Assembly: GCA_016839365.1 (NCBI GenBank)
Contig: JAEOUH010000088.1
Span: forward strand, 1-27,890
Origin: Candidatus Hermodarchaeota archaeon
Lineage (GTDB): Archaea; Asgardarchaeota; Hermodarchaeia; Hermodarchaeales; Hermodarchaeaceae
Reading direction: 5' to 3'
Length of the DNA stretch: 27,890 nucleotides
Part shown: one piece after another, positions 17,699-26,897 of the stretch
Layout of the letters: every line of letters begins with the position of its first letter
How positions within the stretch are numbered: position 1 is the stretch's first letter
The notes under the pieces: generated by a model
Databases searched by the model: none
What the model saw: the letters and a program-made list of their open reading frames with translations, nothing else
What the model was told of the DNA's origin: nothing
Position numbers and translations under genes: made by a program

Positions 17699-20456
17699 TG
17701 CGTCGATAAAGTATTCCAACTGAGAGAGCAACTATAGCACCGAGGGCGATGGCTTCGAGGGGGAAGCCCGGAATTGGCGGTGGTGGAGGTGGTAAGCCAC
17801 CGGTGATGGTGATATCTTCCACGTTACTCCACGGTCCCCGTGCACCATCATCGTCAACGGCACGTACACGGAAGTAGAAGTCACCCGATGTTGGGGCAGT
17901 TACATCGTATTCGGTTTCTGTCGTGGGGTAGGTTGCCAAGACCACAGTGAAGCCAGCAGTATTGGAACTCTGCAGTTCATAACTATCCACGGTTCCATCA
18001 GGGTCAGTGCTAGCTGACCATGAGATGGTAATTGTTCCTGCTGGAGCCGTTGTACCAGGATCCGTGAGGACAGGAGCAGTAGGAGGCTGGGTATGTACAT
18101 AGCTGATAGTAATGTTGAAGAGGTGAGCACTGACGTCATGCCGAGCAGTTCCAAGGGTTGCCCTAAAGCGGAGGTCGGAGCCTTGATTATTGAACGCGTG
18201 AGGAACACCCAGTGTGACGACTTCCCAGTCAGTTCCTCCGTTTGCTGACAGTTCCCAACCAATCGTCGTATCTGTGGGAAGCATAGCAGTCATGGTAACT
18301 GTCGCTTCCACGATGACTTCACTGGTCGAGTCCACGGCCAATGATTGGGCGACGGAAGCCCCAGTATTGTAGGCACTTGCGATACTCTCAAAGAATCGGA
18401 AGATTTCAAGAGACCCCCGGCTCGCTACATAGACGTAATCCCCATGAGTAATGAGCTGTGTAGCATGGGAGCCTGCTAAGGTTGAACGGATGACCGGGGT
18501 ATCGTAAATGTCAGTTGTATCGAAGAGGCTGATACCAGCGGTGTTATTAGCAATGAACATGTAAGGTCCGAAGCCCCATGTTCCAAGAGCAGTATCGGCG
18601 CTAGGGTTGGCAACTGACCACCCGATACTATACGGATCTGTCATGTTGTAAACAACAGCGAAGCTAACTTCTGAAGTGTATGCAATATCACCATCAAGGT
18701 AAATGTCAGTATGGTTTGCAATCATAGATACTGTATCAGTGGGGACGATGTTTTGAAGGTCCGTGAGATCAAAGACAGCGACATTCACATCAAAACTAGG
18801 TAGATTAGAGACAGCGTAGAGATGATGCCCTTGAACCCACACTGATGTCACATTGGGAACAACACCCAAGTCGTAAAAATCAATGAGGGTTGGATTAGTA
18901 AATGGATTCGATGCATTGGCAAGATATACACCATAAGTGCCATCTGCAGCGAAGATCACTTCCCCGGCAACAGCTACGTCAAGCGGATATGAGAGAGTCC
19001 ACGTGCTGAGGTATTGAAGATTTGACGGGTCGGAGATGTCATAGATTCGGATCCCACCAAATGGATAGTCGCAAACAAAGGCTAAATGCCCTTGAATATC
19101 CAGGCGGCGGTAGAACCGACCAGGCGCATAGGTATGATTATCAAGGTAGACTGGATTGGCAGGATCACTGATATCAACGGAGAGAAGCCCACTTTCACCA
19201 GCCGCGATGAAAGCTACATTGCCTCGAATTCTGATATCGTTATAATCATATCCGCCAGCAATGCTGCCAATGTGAACAAGGTTTGGTGAAAGGGTTCCTA
19301 CCCGATAGGTAAGGACACCGCTATCAGCACCAACAACGAGAACGCCTTCATATAAATCGAGATCCCAGACCATAGGAATATTTATCGTAGCGATGTGAGT
19401 GGGATGAGCTGGGCTGGTTACGTCGATAATTTGGACGCCACCTGTTTCGTCAGCGACAAAGAGCGTGTTTCCATGAAGCGCTAATCGGCGTGCATTACCG
19501 GGAGTATCAATGCTCCCAATGATGCTGATATCAAAAGGATTAGCGACATCAACAACTTGGACACCGCTAGGACCATCAGCCACATAAGCGATTGTACCAT
19601 CGATGAGAACATCGGTGGCGTTACCGGGTGTATTAACGTTACCAGGTTCCGTGACAACATAGGGATTGGATACGTTGCAAAGATAAAGCCCGTATTCGCT
19701 TTCGGCAAGGTAGGCAATCTGTCCATCAATAGCAATTCCTCGAGTCGTATAAGATCCCCACACCGACGGTAATAGGACAGGGTTATAGGGGTCTTCGAAG
19801 TCAATGATCCTAAATGCACGCATGCTGGCAGATCCCACGGCTGTCGCATAAACGAAATGGCCTTGAACTTCGATATCGGTGGTCATGCCATCAAGATTTA
19901 CTGTTCCGATGTAGGCGGGACCAGCATAATACTGATAGGGATTTGATAAATTATACCTTGCCACTCCACCTGTAACTCGTCCAGCGTAGAAGATATCCCC
20001 CAAGATTCTGCCACAGATGAGATCAGGTAAGGAATTCCGTGAAGATAGAATCTCCAGGTTTGTTGGATCTGTGATATTGAGGATCCTGTTGCTGCCTGTC
20101 GAGGATCCATAGTGTACATAGTAGACCTTACGGCCTTGGACATCTACTCCCATTACGGGGTAGGCAGTCGTGAAGTTATCGAGCAGTGTGATTGAGTATT
20201 GGCGTTCACTTGTGATCGTGCCCATTCCCCATCCATCGGCAGTGGAGGCTCCACCATCAAAGAAAGTTGTGGTCGAGAAATCCTCTGAATAGCCACTGGT
20301 TGTTCCGGGGACCGGGATACTCGTGCCAAGCGATGTCATTTGTGGTTCGCTAGTTACTGCTGCAAAAGACAATATAGTGAATATAGCTAAAGCTATGAAT
20401 AGCCGTGATTTACGAGGAAAATTCATATTATCCCTTCGGAAAATCGGTGACCCCAC
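17688..20456 (-). CDS. LVIVD-repeat (beta-propeller) surface protein with FN3-like domain and IPGFP-TM-RRRKR signal (likely start ATG 20426)
   Basis: Repeats such as AYVADGPSGVQVVDVANP, LFVADETGGVQIIDVTSP and AFIAAGESGLLSVDISDP; FN3-like ISWSASTDPDG...YFRVRAVDDDG..GPWS; ends PPPPPPIPGFPLEAIALGAIVALSVGILYRRRKR. Confidence 0.88.
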   Translation of the reverse strand: MGSPIFRRDNMNFPRKSRLFIALAIFTILSFAAVTSEPQMTSLGTSIPVPGTTSGYSEDFSTTTFFDGGASTADGWGMGTITSERQYSITLLDNFTTAYPVMGVDVQGRKVYYVHYGSSTGSNRILNITDPTNLEILSSRNSLPDLICGRILGDIFYAGRVTGGVARYNLSNPYQYYAGPAYIGTVNLDGMTTDIEVQGHFVYATAVGSASMRAFRIIDFEDPYNPVLLPSVWGSYTTRGIAIDGQIAYLAESEYGLYLCNVSNPYVVTEPGNVNTPGNATDVLIDGTIAYVADGPSGVQVVDVANPFDISIIGSIDTPGNARRLALHGNTLFVADETGGVQIIDVTSPAHPTHIATINIPMVWDLDLYEGVLVVGADSGVLTYRVGTLSPNLVHIGSIAGGYDYNDIRIRGNVAFIAAGESGLLSVDISDPANPVYLDNHTYAPGRFYRRLDIQGHLAFVCDYPFGGIRIYDISDPSNLQYLSTWTLSYPLDVAVAGEVIFAADGTYGVYLANASNPFTNPTLIDFYDLGVVPNVTSVWVQGHHLYAVSNLPSFDVNVAVFDLTDLQNIVPTDTVSMIANHTDIYLDGDIAYTSEVSFAVVYNMTDPYSIGWSVANPSADTALGTWGFGPYMFIANNTAGISLFDTTDIYDTPVIRSTLAGSHATQLITHGDYVYVASRGSLEIFRFFESIASAYNTGASVAQSLAVDSTSEVIVEATVTMTAMLPTDTTIGWELSANGGTDWEVVTLGVPHAFNNQGSDLRFRATLGTARHDVSAHLFNITISYVHTQPPTAPVLTDPGTTAPAGTITISWSASTDPDGTVDSYELQSSNTAGFTVVLATYPTTETEYDVTAPTSGDFYFRVRAVDDDGARGPWSNVEDITITGGLPPPPPPIPGFPLEAIALGAIVALSVGILYRRRKR

Positions 20457-20545
20457 TATAGGTGTACCAGCATAAAAACGTGTTCACCAACGCTCCTCGT
20501 GGTTAAAAATAACAGATAGAATAGATCGCAAAACCAAAGAAAGCG

Positions 20546-21088
20546 TTAGCTACACTTTATGGCAGGTTCGAGGTGTCGCCGGAACTCGCTGGTTATCTCA
20601 CCAACGACGTTTTTGATCTTCCCGCGAAGATCAAAGCGACGATCAGCAAAATATTCAGCGAGTAAAGCCTCTAATTGGAGGATACTTTTAGTGAGTTCCT
20701 CATGTTCATCGAGACCACCTTCCGCCAGGAGCTCCCAATACCCATCAGTGAAAGCGCTCAAGAAGGCACTTAAAGTGCGGGGGTCTTGATTTTGGGCAAT
20801 ACGCAAGGCTTCGAGAGCATTAGTAAAAGTAATGCTTGCCCGTCGGTCTAGCGGTAAATCAGCGATGGTTTCACAGAGCATGCCGTCCACAAAAGTACGA
20901 CCCCGACAATCCTGCAAATGGGCGCTGTGGGGTTCGAGGCAGCAGTGACTGAGCACGGACATATCGTAGAATGGACACTCACCTGGAGGGGAAGTATGCT
21001 TCTCCATGATGGTTTCGATGCGCTTCCGGTGGTGGAAGAGCTTGAGAAGTTCCCGCGCTGCTTCTATTCGCTTAAGCTCCCGTGGCAT
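20546..21088 (-). CDS. Hypothetical protein with Cys cluster (possible metal binding)
   Basis: 180-aa ORF containing CPFYD-x6-CC-x10-C-x10-C, followed by a helical C-terminus. It has its own TTTAAA box at 21151-21156. Confidence 0.65.
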   Translation of the reverse strand: MPRELKRIEAARELLKLFHHRKRIETIMEKHTSPPGECPFYDMSVLSHCCLEPHSAHLQDCRGRTFVDGMLCETIADLPLDRRASITFTNALEALRIAQNQDPRTLSAFLSAFTDGYWELLAEGGLDEHEELTKSILQLEALLAEYFADRRFDLRGKIKNVVGEITSEFRRHLEPAIKCS

Positions 21089-21183
21089 AAGTGTACATCC
21101 TACCCTCGATTGGTAGCCTGCAAGCCGACTGTCTCTAGGGAATTCTCGAATTTAAACCCTTTGATATCTTCGACCATGTATTC

Positions 21184-22497
21184 CTAGAGCTCTCGGTCGC
21201 GAAGGCCCAACTTCGTTCGAACTCGTGGCAGTTCTTTCGTGTAGATGAGGAGGAAGAATACCGGAATGAGGATGATGAAGTTGTGATGCCAAATGCCTGC
21301 AGGTGCCCCGAGTAGAAACAGGGCCATGCTAATTACGCCATATAGTATACTCTTATCATAGCTGGGGCGACGAAGAATTTGAATCAACAGTATTATTGTG
21401 ACAATGAGAGCAATAGCACTGAATATAGTGCTGATACGAATTCCATCTGGGGGAAGAAGACCTCGTGTGATAATCTGTAACGGATCACCGATTTGTACCC
21501 ATAAGTCAGGAGGAATTGTAGTCAGACCCAAACCTGCCCAGATATTGTTGGCCACGATCCAATAGACGTTAAAGATGATGGCTGGGATGGATCCAGTCCA
21601 ACTCCACCACGATTGGATATGCAGTGGCCAAGGTTCGTATCCACGACTAAATTGTACAATCAAAAGGTCATAAATCATGGCTCCATGCCGTGCAGGATTA
21701 TTATACACAAGAGCTTCCAACGACGCCCACAACTGAAAAGCGCCAAAGACCGCAATGGCGGGCAGAACTCCAAGGATCCATTTGCGATAACTGCGGAAAT
21801 GGTAAGCTATGGCGAAGAGCAGAAGGAGTCCGATGTACTGATAGGTAATGGCACCGACGCCCAGCCAGAAAACGGACCAGAAAGGGTCCTTCCATTTTTC
21901 ATATCCCATCCATAACAGGAATAAGACGAGGGTCATATGAGTGACGAAGTCTAAGGTGACCATAATTGGGTTGATCCAAACGAAGAGGGCCGCCAATCGA
22001 TTGCCGCTTCGCATCATCCGGTCGAAGAGCAGAAAACCGAAGAACCCATGCAGGATCATGAAGCTGGGTTGGAAATCCATGCAACCGGCAAAATCAAAGG
22101 AGTAAGGGTAAATCATGGCAGGAATATGAAACAGCAGGCTTCCTGGACCATAATTGATGAAATTCTGATAGTAGAGATCACAAGGGCCTTCAGCAAGGGC
22201 GGTGAGCCAATAATCCCGATTATAGGGATTCAATCCGCTGAACATATAATTGAGCCCTTGGGTGAGAAGTTCGTTCATATCGTTGACGTCAGGAAAGGTA
22301 GGATTGACGCTCGCAATGTAAAGGATTAGAATAAGGGTTAGAACTCGAACGAAAATGCCAAACCCGATCTCTTTCCACCACTGCCGATATAGCTGAAAAC
22401 TGTCTACAATATACCGACTAATCCGTTGGACTATGGATGGCTTGGCATCAGAGTCGGATGGCAAAGCTGGTTCAGTCTCTTTTGATGATGCGTTCAC
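21184..22497 (-). CDS. Polytopic GT-C glycosyltransferase (GT87/PIG-M-like architecture), paralogue 1
   Basis: TM1 is followed by the acidic loop PDVNDMNEL...GLNPY...NYGP and many TM helices. The GTG start overlaps the upstream TGA stop (GTGA). Confidence 0.7.
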   Translation of the reverse strand: MNASSKETEPALPSDSDAKPSIVQRISRYIVDSFQLYRQWWKEIGFGIFVRVLTLILILYIASVNPTFPDVNDMNELLTQGLNYMFSGLNPYNRDYWLTALAEGPCDLYYQNFINYGPGSLLFHIPAMIYPYSFDFAGCMDFQPSFMILHGFFGFLLFDRMMRSGNRLAALFVWINPIMVTLDFVTHMTLVLFLLWMGYEKWKDPFWSVFWLGVGAITYQYIGLLLLFAIAYHFRSYRKWILGVLPAIAVFGAFQLWASLEALVYNNPARHGAMIYDLLIVQFSRGYEPWPLHIQSWWSWTGSIPAIIFNVYWIVANNIWAGLGLTTIPPDLWVQIGDPLQIITRGLLPPDGIRISTIFSAIALIVTIILLIQILRRPSYDKSILYGVISMALFLLGAPAGIWHHNFIILIPVFFLLIYTKELPRVRTKLGLRDREL

Positions 22498-23699
22498 GGT
22501 GTTCCCTCTCTATTTGAAACGGTTACTGTTGTTCGATTAGATGGATCCTGTCTTTTTTCAGCAATACGAAACGAATCACGATACCTCCAAAAAAGGAAGG
22601 GTAAGGTCATACAAAGTACCCAATAATGAGCTAATCCTTCAGCTGTACTAGCTATGAAAAAGGCTAAGAGGAGCCCTGGGATGAGAATGGCTTGAGCCCA
22701 TCTAGGATTCCTTATGAAATATACCAACCCAAAAATGGCGAAAACCATTACCATCAACATCATCACATAAGCGATTTGTGGCGATAATGGAGGGGGAAAG
22801 CCTAAACCAATTCCGATATTGAAGACCCACGAGGGAATTGATCCCATGAAAAGGAAGGCCAACGGATAATACCGGTTGTAGTAGGGACTTAAGCTGTCGC
22901 TATCTAACCAATTGATGTGGGGGCGCCCAACTTGCATGACTAGCAGGTCACGAACAAAGAGAATAGGATTCCAGAAAAAGAAGAGCAAGGAAATGAGAAG
23001 AAATGGGAGCATGCCCAATAGACTCCAACGTAATTGACCTGCCTTCCAATGATAAATGAGTAGGAAAGGAATGAACACTGCACCCATCTGATAAGTGGCA
23101 GCAATAAGCACCGCATAAGCTCCGCTTCGAATGGGTTTATCCAAGTTGATCAACATCAGAGTTAACAACATCAGTGGAAGCGACATGAAGGTGATGACGT
23201 TCACAAAGACAAAGAACGGATTTATCCAGATAATTTTTGAAATGACTCGGTGCGCATTTTGCCACAGCCGATAAAAAGTGATGAAATCAAAGAACCAGTG
23301 GAGTAAAAAGAAAGCAGGCATGAAATCCATGGTGCCAATGCTGTGTAGTCCAAGCCACAAAGCTGTTGGTAAATGGAATAGGATGGCGAAAGGGGGGTAA
23401 TTGAAGTAGTCTTGGGTATAACTACCGGCAAAAGTGTTGAGAAGATAGGTTTGGCCATATGGATTGATACCCTGGAGTAGATTCGCCATTCCTTTGAAGA
23501 CTAGTTCATTCATATCGGTGAGGTCTCCTGCCACATTTAGGAACATCAAGAATGCAAAGAGGGTTGCCAACCGGAGAATAATACCAGCCCAAAAATCCGT
23601 TGTTCGAAGAAGACGTGGAACATCAGTGAGATTCAGTGCGATGACAAGTCGCTGCCAAAATGATTTCTGCGGCTGTGGCTTAGACTTAGACTCGCTCAG
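22494..23699 (-). CDS. Polytopic GT-C glycosyltransferase, paralogue 2; probable CTG start at 23699 (track start TTG 23570)
   Basis: GDLTDMNEL...GINPY...NYPP...LFHLP...GTMDFMP aligns with paralogue 1. The frame stays open 43 codons further upstream and still aligns (SFWQRL...FWAGIILRLATL vs SIVQRI...IGFGIFVRVLTL). Confidence 0.7.
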   Translation of the reverse strand: MSESKSKPQPQKSFWQRLVIALNLTDVPRLLRTTDFWAGIILRLATLFAFLMFLNVAGDLTDMNELVFKGMANLLQGINPYGQTYLLNTFAGSYTQDYFNYPPFAILFHLPTALWLGLHSIGTMDFMPAFFLLHWFFDFITFYRLWQNAHRVISKIIWINPFFVFVNVITFMSLPLMLLTLMLINLDKPIRSGAYAVLIAATYQMGAVFIPFLLIYHWKAGQLRWSLLGMLPFLLISLLFFFWNPILFVRDLLVMQVGRPHINWLDSDSLSPYYNRYYPLAFLFMGSIPSWVFNIGIGLGFPPPLSPQIAYVMMLMVMVFAIFGLVYFIRNPRWAQAILIPGLLLAFFIASTAEGLAHYWVLCMTLPFLFWRYRDSFRIAEKRQDPSNRTTVTVSNREGTP

Positions 23700-23819
23700 A
23701 ATCTACACACACCTTCAGCTTGGACAGACTGAGAGTGTAGGGTCTGTTACCTTTGCCCAAATAAGCCTTATGCCAATTAGATTATTGACCAAATGCTTTG
23801 ATGAGAAATTCCGGTTGAG

Positions 23820-24890
23820 TTAGAGGTAGCGTCGGAACATCTTTCCCCATTCAGTTTTCATAATTCGGTCAATGTGCTTTTTTCCTCGAGTTTTCAACCA
23901 AATGTCGCGTAGGTAATGGCTGATTTTTACGTTCACATTGAAGAATGCTGATCGCATCATGAAAGGCTCCAAGAAGCTGCTCCGGAAGAAGCGGTCAAAC
24001 CGAATTACTGGGTCGAGTTTGGTCTCATACTCAAAGCAGACTCCATCAACATCGTCGCCCACAATTTCTTTCGTACAGAGATCCCCGTTACCCAGCCCTT
24101 GTTCATGGGCTATTCTGACATGGCCAATTTCCATAGGGTTATATCCAATCATTTGTGCACAGAGAGCATCTAATGCTACCAAATCTCCGCTAGCGGCAAT
24201 ATAATTTTGCACGTATGGTCGCCCGGTGCGTGGACCAGCACCATCCATTGCGATAGTGCTGTCAGCGAAGGCAAAGAGTGGACCACAGAATTCTTGTTGG
24301 ATTCGTAGCAAGTCGACCAAAATTTCATGGATTTTCAAATGATAGTGGTGACGGACTGTTCGGAGAAATCCAAAGGCGTTTTTCATCGAGCAGGTAATCG
24401 TACTATGACCATGGCATTTGAAGGTGGGCAAATGAATAATCTGTGCGTCAAGGATGGGTTTGGGCATCAGCATGTCCTCTTGACCAAAGACCATGGGTTG
24501 GGATGGATTGACCTCCACCCATTCCTCGTCGATGAGAATCGTCCATGGAACATCAAATTTCTCGAGTAGGGGCACGTAGCGATTCTTGTACATCCCTGTT
24601 CGAGCATCAGTGACGACTGTCATATTCTCTAATGCAAGGACATCTGTGAAGTGCCGCTTGGACAGTTCCCGGAGTGTCGCATCAAGCTGGTAGGGTTGCG
24701 TCGAACACGAGGGGAAATACTCTTGCCAGGATATGTTGAGCTTCATTACGGTTCGTACTTTGGGATCAAAGAATGAATCGAGCTTCGCTAAGCGGAAGAG
24801 ACGGGCAACATCGTCGAAGTAAGTTTCTGGTGTGGTTTTAACCACAGCAAGGGGAAGTTTGCTTGGATCCATTTTCTTCATTTGCTTCAC
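23820..24890 (-). CDS. DUF362 family protein
   Basis: MKLNISW...CSTQP, IIHLPTFKCHGHSTITCSMKNAFG, DSTIAMDGAGP, ASGDLVALDA, IGHVRIAHEQGLG. Confidence 0.85.
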   Translation of the reverse strand: MKQMKKMDPSKLPLAVVKTTPETYFDDVARLFRLAKLDSFFDPKVRTVMKLNISWQEYFPSCSTQPYQLDATLRELSKRHFTDVLALENMTVVTDARTGMYKNRYVPLLEKFDVPWTILIDEEWVEVNPSQPMVFGQEDMLMPKPILDAQIIHLPTFKCHGHSTITCSMKNAFGFLRTVRHHYHLKIHEILVDLLRIQQEFCGPLFAFADSTIAMDGAGPRTGRPYVQNYIAASGDLVALDALCAQMIGYNPMEIGHVRIAHEQGLGNGDLCTKEIVGDDVDGVCFEYETKLDPVIRFDRFFRSSFLEPFMMRSAFFNVNVKISHYLRDIWLKTRGKKHIDRIMKTEWGKMFRRYL

Positions 24891-24928
24891 CTAAAATGCC
24901 CAGTCAAGCACAGGGGGAGCTGAACCAG

Positions 24929-24942
24929 CTTTAACTTTTCGG
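24929..24942 (-). promoter_or_regulatory. Putative BRE/TATA promoter for DUF362 gene
   Basis: Minus strand CCGAAAAGTTAAAG about 40-50 nt upstream of the start. Confidence 0.45.
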
Positions 24943-24943
24943 T

Positions 24944-26032
24944 CTATCCATCTCCTTTCTCTTCAAGCTCAGCAATAGGTTCAGCATTCTGAAGTTCTCG
25001 GTAACCACGGCCCATAGTGGCAATAGAGGGAGCCCCTAAAATTGTCAGACCAATGATGTAGACTAAGGCGTCTAATAATGCAATACTAGCTGCTGCAGCG
25101 ATGCCCCATCCTTCAAGGGCAAGACCTATGGTGACAGTCTGAGTTATGAAAATGCTAATCCCAGCGGGAAGAAGAATAGCAAGAATGTGCCCTGTCATAT
25201 AACTGATACCGAGTACAAACAGGGACTGAGGTAGTGTAACGACTTGGCTGAATATCATCGCAATGAAGACGAGTTTAGCCGTTTCTAGTATCCAAATCGG
25301 AACGCTCAAGAGAAATGCCCACCCCGAGGTCCAACTTCCGATATCCGTACGTAAATCAAGAGCAAAGTTTTCAACAAAAGAGGGAACTTCATCTTTCAGA
25401 CGCTCAGACGGTTTAAACAAGCGACCAGCAATTCGTGACATAAAGCCAACGAAACGGTCATTTCGAATGAGAATGAAGAACGCAATAAATGCTAGTGCTA
25501 ATAATACTCCGGATAGAAGATAACTGAATACCTGTCCCGTTATTACTCCAAAGATTAGAAAGCCTGAGACGATAATAATTAGGATTAGAGCTGCGAAATC
25601 TAACACCCGCGCCCAAACAATCGAGGCTAGCCCTGCGGTGAATCGTGTTCCTTGTTTTTCCCTCAACCAGTACGGTGTTGCAAGATCACCTGCACGGAGT
25701 GGAGCTACATAGGTGAGGAATATTCCTCCAACAAGCATAGGGAATTGATTTGCGGGATTTCCCTTGTTCTGAAATGGTCGAAGGAGGACCCACCATCTAA
25801 CAGCACGCAGAATATACGCAAGCCCGAAGAGACCAAAGGCAGGAAGAATCCAAAACATTACGTTTGTCGGATTTGTGAGGATAATGACAATTGCGAAAAT
25901 CCCACCTATCGGGAGTAAGGCGAGGTGAAGCCAAAGAACGATGAGGATGAGGCTGACGATACCAATCATGTAATATGTACGGGCTCGCAAAGACAACCAC
26001 CTGAAGGTGTGGATTTGAATGCACTTCCTCAT
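24944..26032 (-). CDS. LPG-synthase-TM / UPF0104 (AglD2-like) putative flippase
   Basis: LRAVRWWVLL, FLTYVAPLRAGDL, ASIVWARVLDF, LPAGI; about 8-9 TM segments. Confidence 0.85.
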   Translation of the reverse strand: MRKCIQIHTFRWLSLRARTYYMIGIVSLILIVLWLHLALLPIGGIFAIVIILTNPTNVMFWILPAFGLFGLAYILRAVRWWVLLRPFQNKGNPANQFPMLVGGIFLTYVAPLRAGDLATPYWLREKQGTRFTAGLASIVWARVLDFAALILIIIVSGFLIFGVITGQVFSYLLSGVLLALAFIAFFILIRNDRFVGFMSRIAGRLFKPSERLKDEVPSFVENFALDLRTDIGSWTSGWAFLLSVPIWILETAKLVFIAMIFSQVVTLPQSLFVLGISYMTGHILAILLPAGISIFITQTVTIGLALEGWGIAAAASIALLDALVYIIGLTILGAPSIATMGRGYRELQNAEPIAELEEKGDG

Positions 26033-26144
26033 GTCTATAGCCTAAAAACGCTATTGGTTACAAAAATTTCCAAACCATTCTTCATACGATTGTTTTTATC
26101 AGCAGGTAAGTTTTTGTAATCTAACAACACGTTGAAAATCCTGT

Positions 26145-26897
26145 ATGCCTCCGAAATTTGCTGTGATTCCTGCTGCTGGTGAAGGGAAACGTATTCGTCC
26201 CTATTCTGAGAAAGTGCCAAAACCCATGATCCAGGTCTTTAACCGTCCGATTCTTGCTCATGTAATCGATCGTTGTCAAGATGCGGGAATCCTGAATATC
26301 ATTATCGTCGTTAACCCCCAATCGGATGCTGTGAAAAATTACTTCGGTGATGGAAGCGAGTTTGGAGTTTCTATCGAGTATGTGGGGCAACGCAAACCTG
26401 AGGGAATTGGCCACGCAGTTGGTTTGACCGAGGGGGTTATTGAGACACCCTTTGTTGTGTACTTGGGGGATGAACTATATATCGATTCAGATCATCGCGG
26501 GTTCATTCAATCATTCGAGACCAGCGGATTTGCAGCCTCGATTGGGATTATGCGGGTCGAAGATGAGAGCCTGATTCGTAAGAACTACTCTGTTGAAATT
26601 GATCTGGAGACCCACATTATCCAACATCTCGTAGAGAAGCCTGTTAAATTGACTAACAATATTCTGGGGTGTGGGTCTTACATCTTCAATGAAACCGTGT
26701 TTGAAGCAATCCGTCACACTCCACGCTCGAAAAAGAAAAATGAAATCGAAATTACTGATACCCTCAACACTCTTCGGGAATTGGGGTACACTGTCGGGGG
26801 GTATTTTCTTGGTGGTCACTATCTTAATGTGACGTACCCAACAGATATTACTAAAGCAGAAAAACTGCTTAGCCGGGACCAGGACCGAATTTTATAG
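26145..26897 (+). CDS. Sugar-1-phosphate nucleotidyltransferase (RmlA/glucose-1-P thymidylyltransferase-like)
   Basis: AVIPAAGEGKRIRP...VPKPM, GDGSEFGVSIEY..Q..PEGIGHAV, YLGD, VEKP, EIEITD. Confidence 0.9.
   Translation: MPPKFAVIPAAGEGKRIRPYSEKVPKPMIQVFNRPILAHVIDRCQDAGILNIIIVVNPQSDAVKNYFGDGSEFGVSIEYVGQRKPEGIGHAVGLTEGVIETPFVVYLGDELYIDSDHRGFIQSFETSGFAASIGIMRVEDESLIRKNYSVEIDLETHIIQHLVEKPVKLTNNILGCGSYIFNETVFEAIRHTPRSKKKNEIEITDTLNTLRELGYTVGGYFLGGHYLNVTYPTDITKAEKLLSRDQDRIL

Noticed and set aside
21184-23699. Archaeosortase/exosortase identity for the membrane proteins
   Set aside because: No Cys-Arg-His/Arg catalytic pattern; the acidic first loop with G.NPY/Y.P fits GT-C.
23464-23823. 119-aa plus-strand ORF and other short antisense ORFs across the window
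   Set aside because: They overlap well-supported genes on the opposite strand or frame and show no recognisable motifs.
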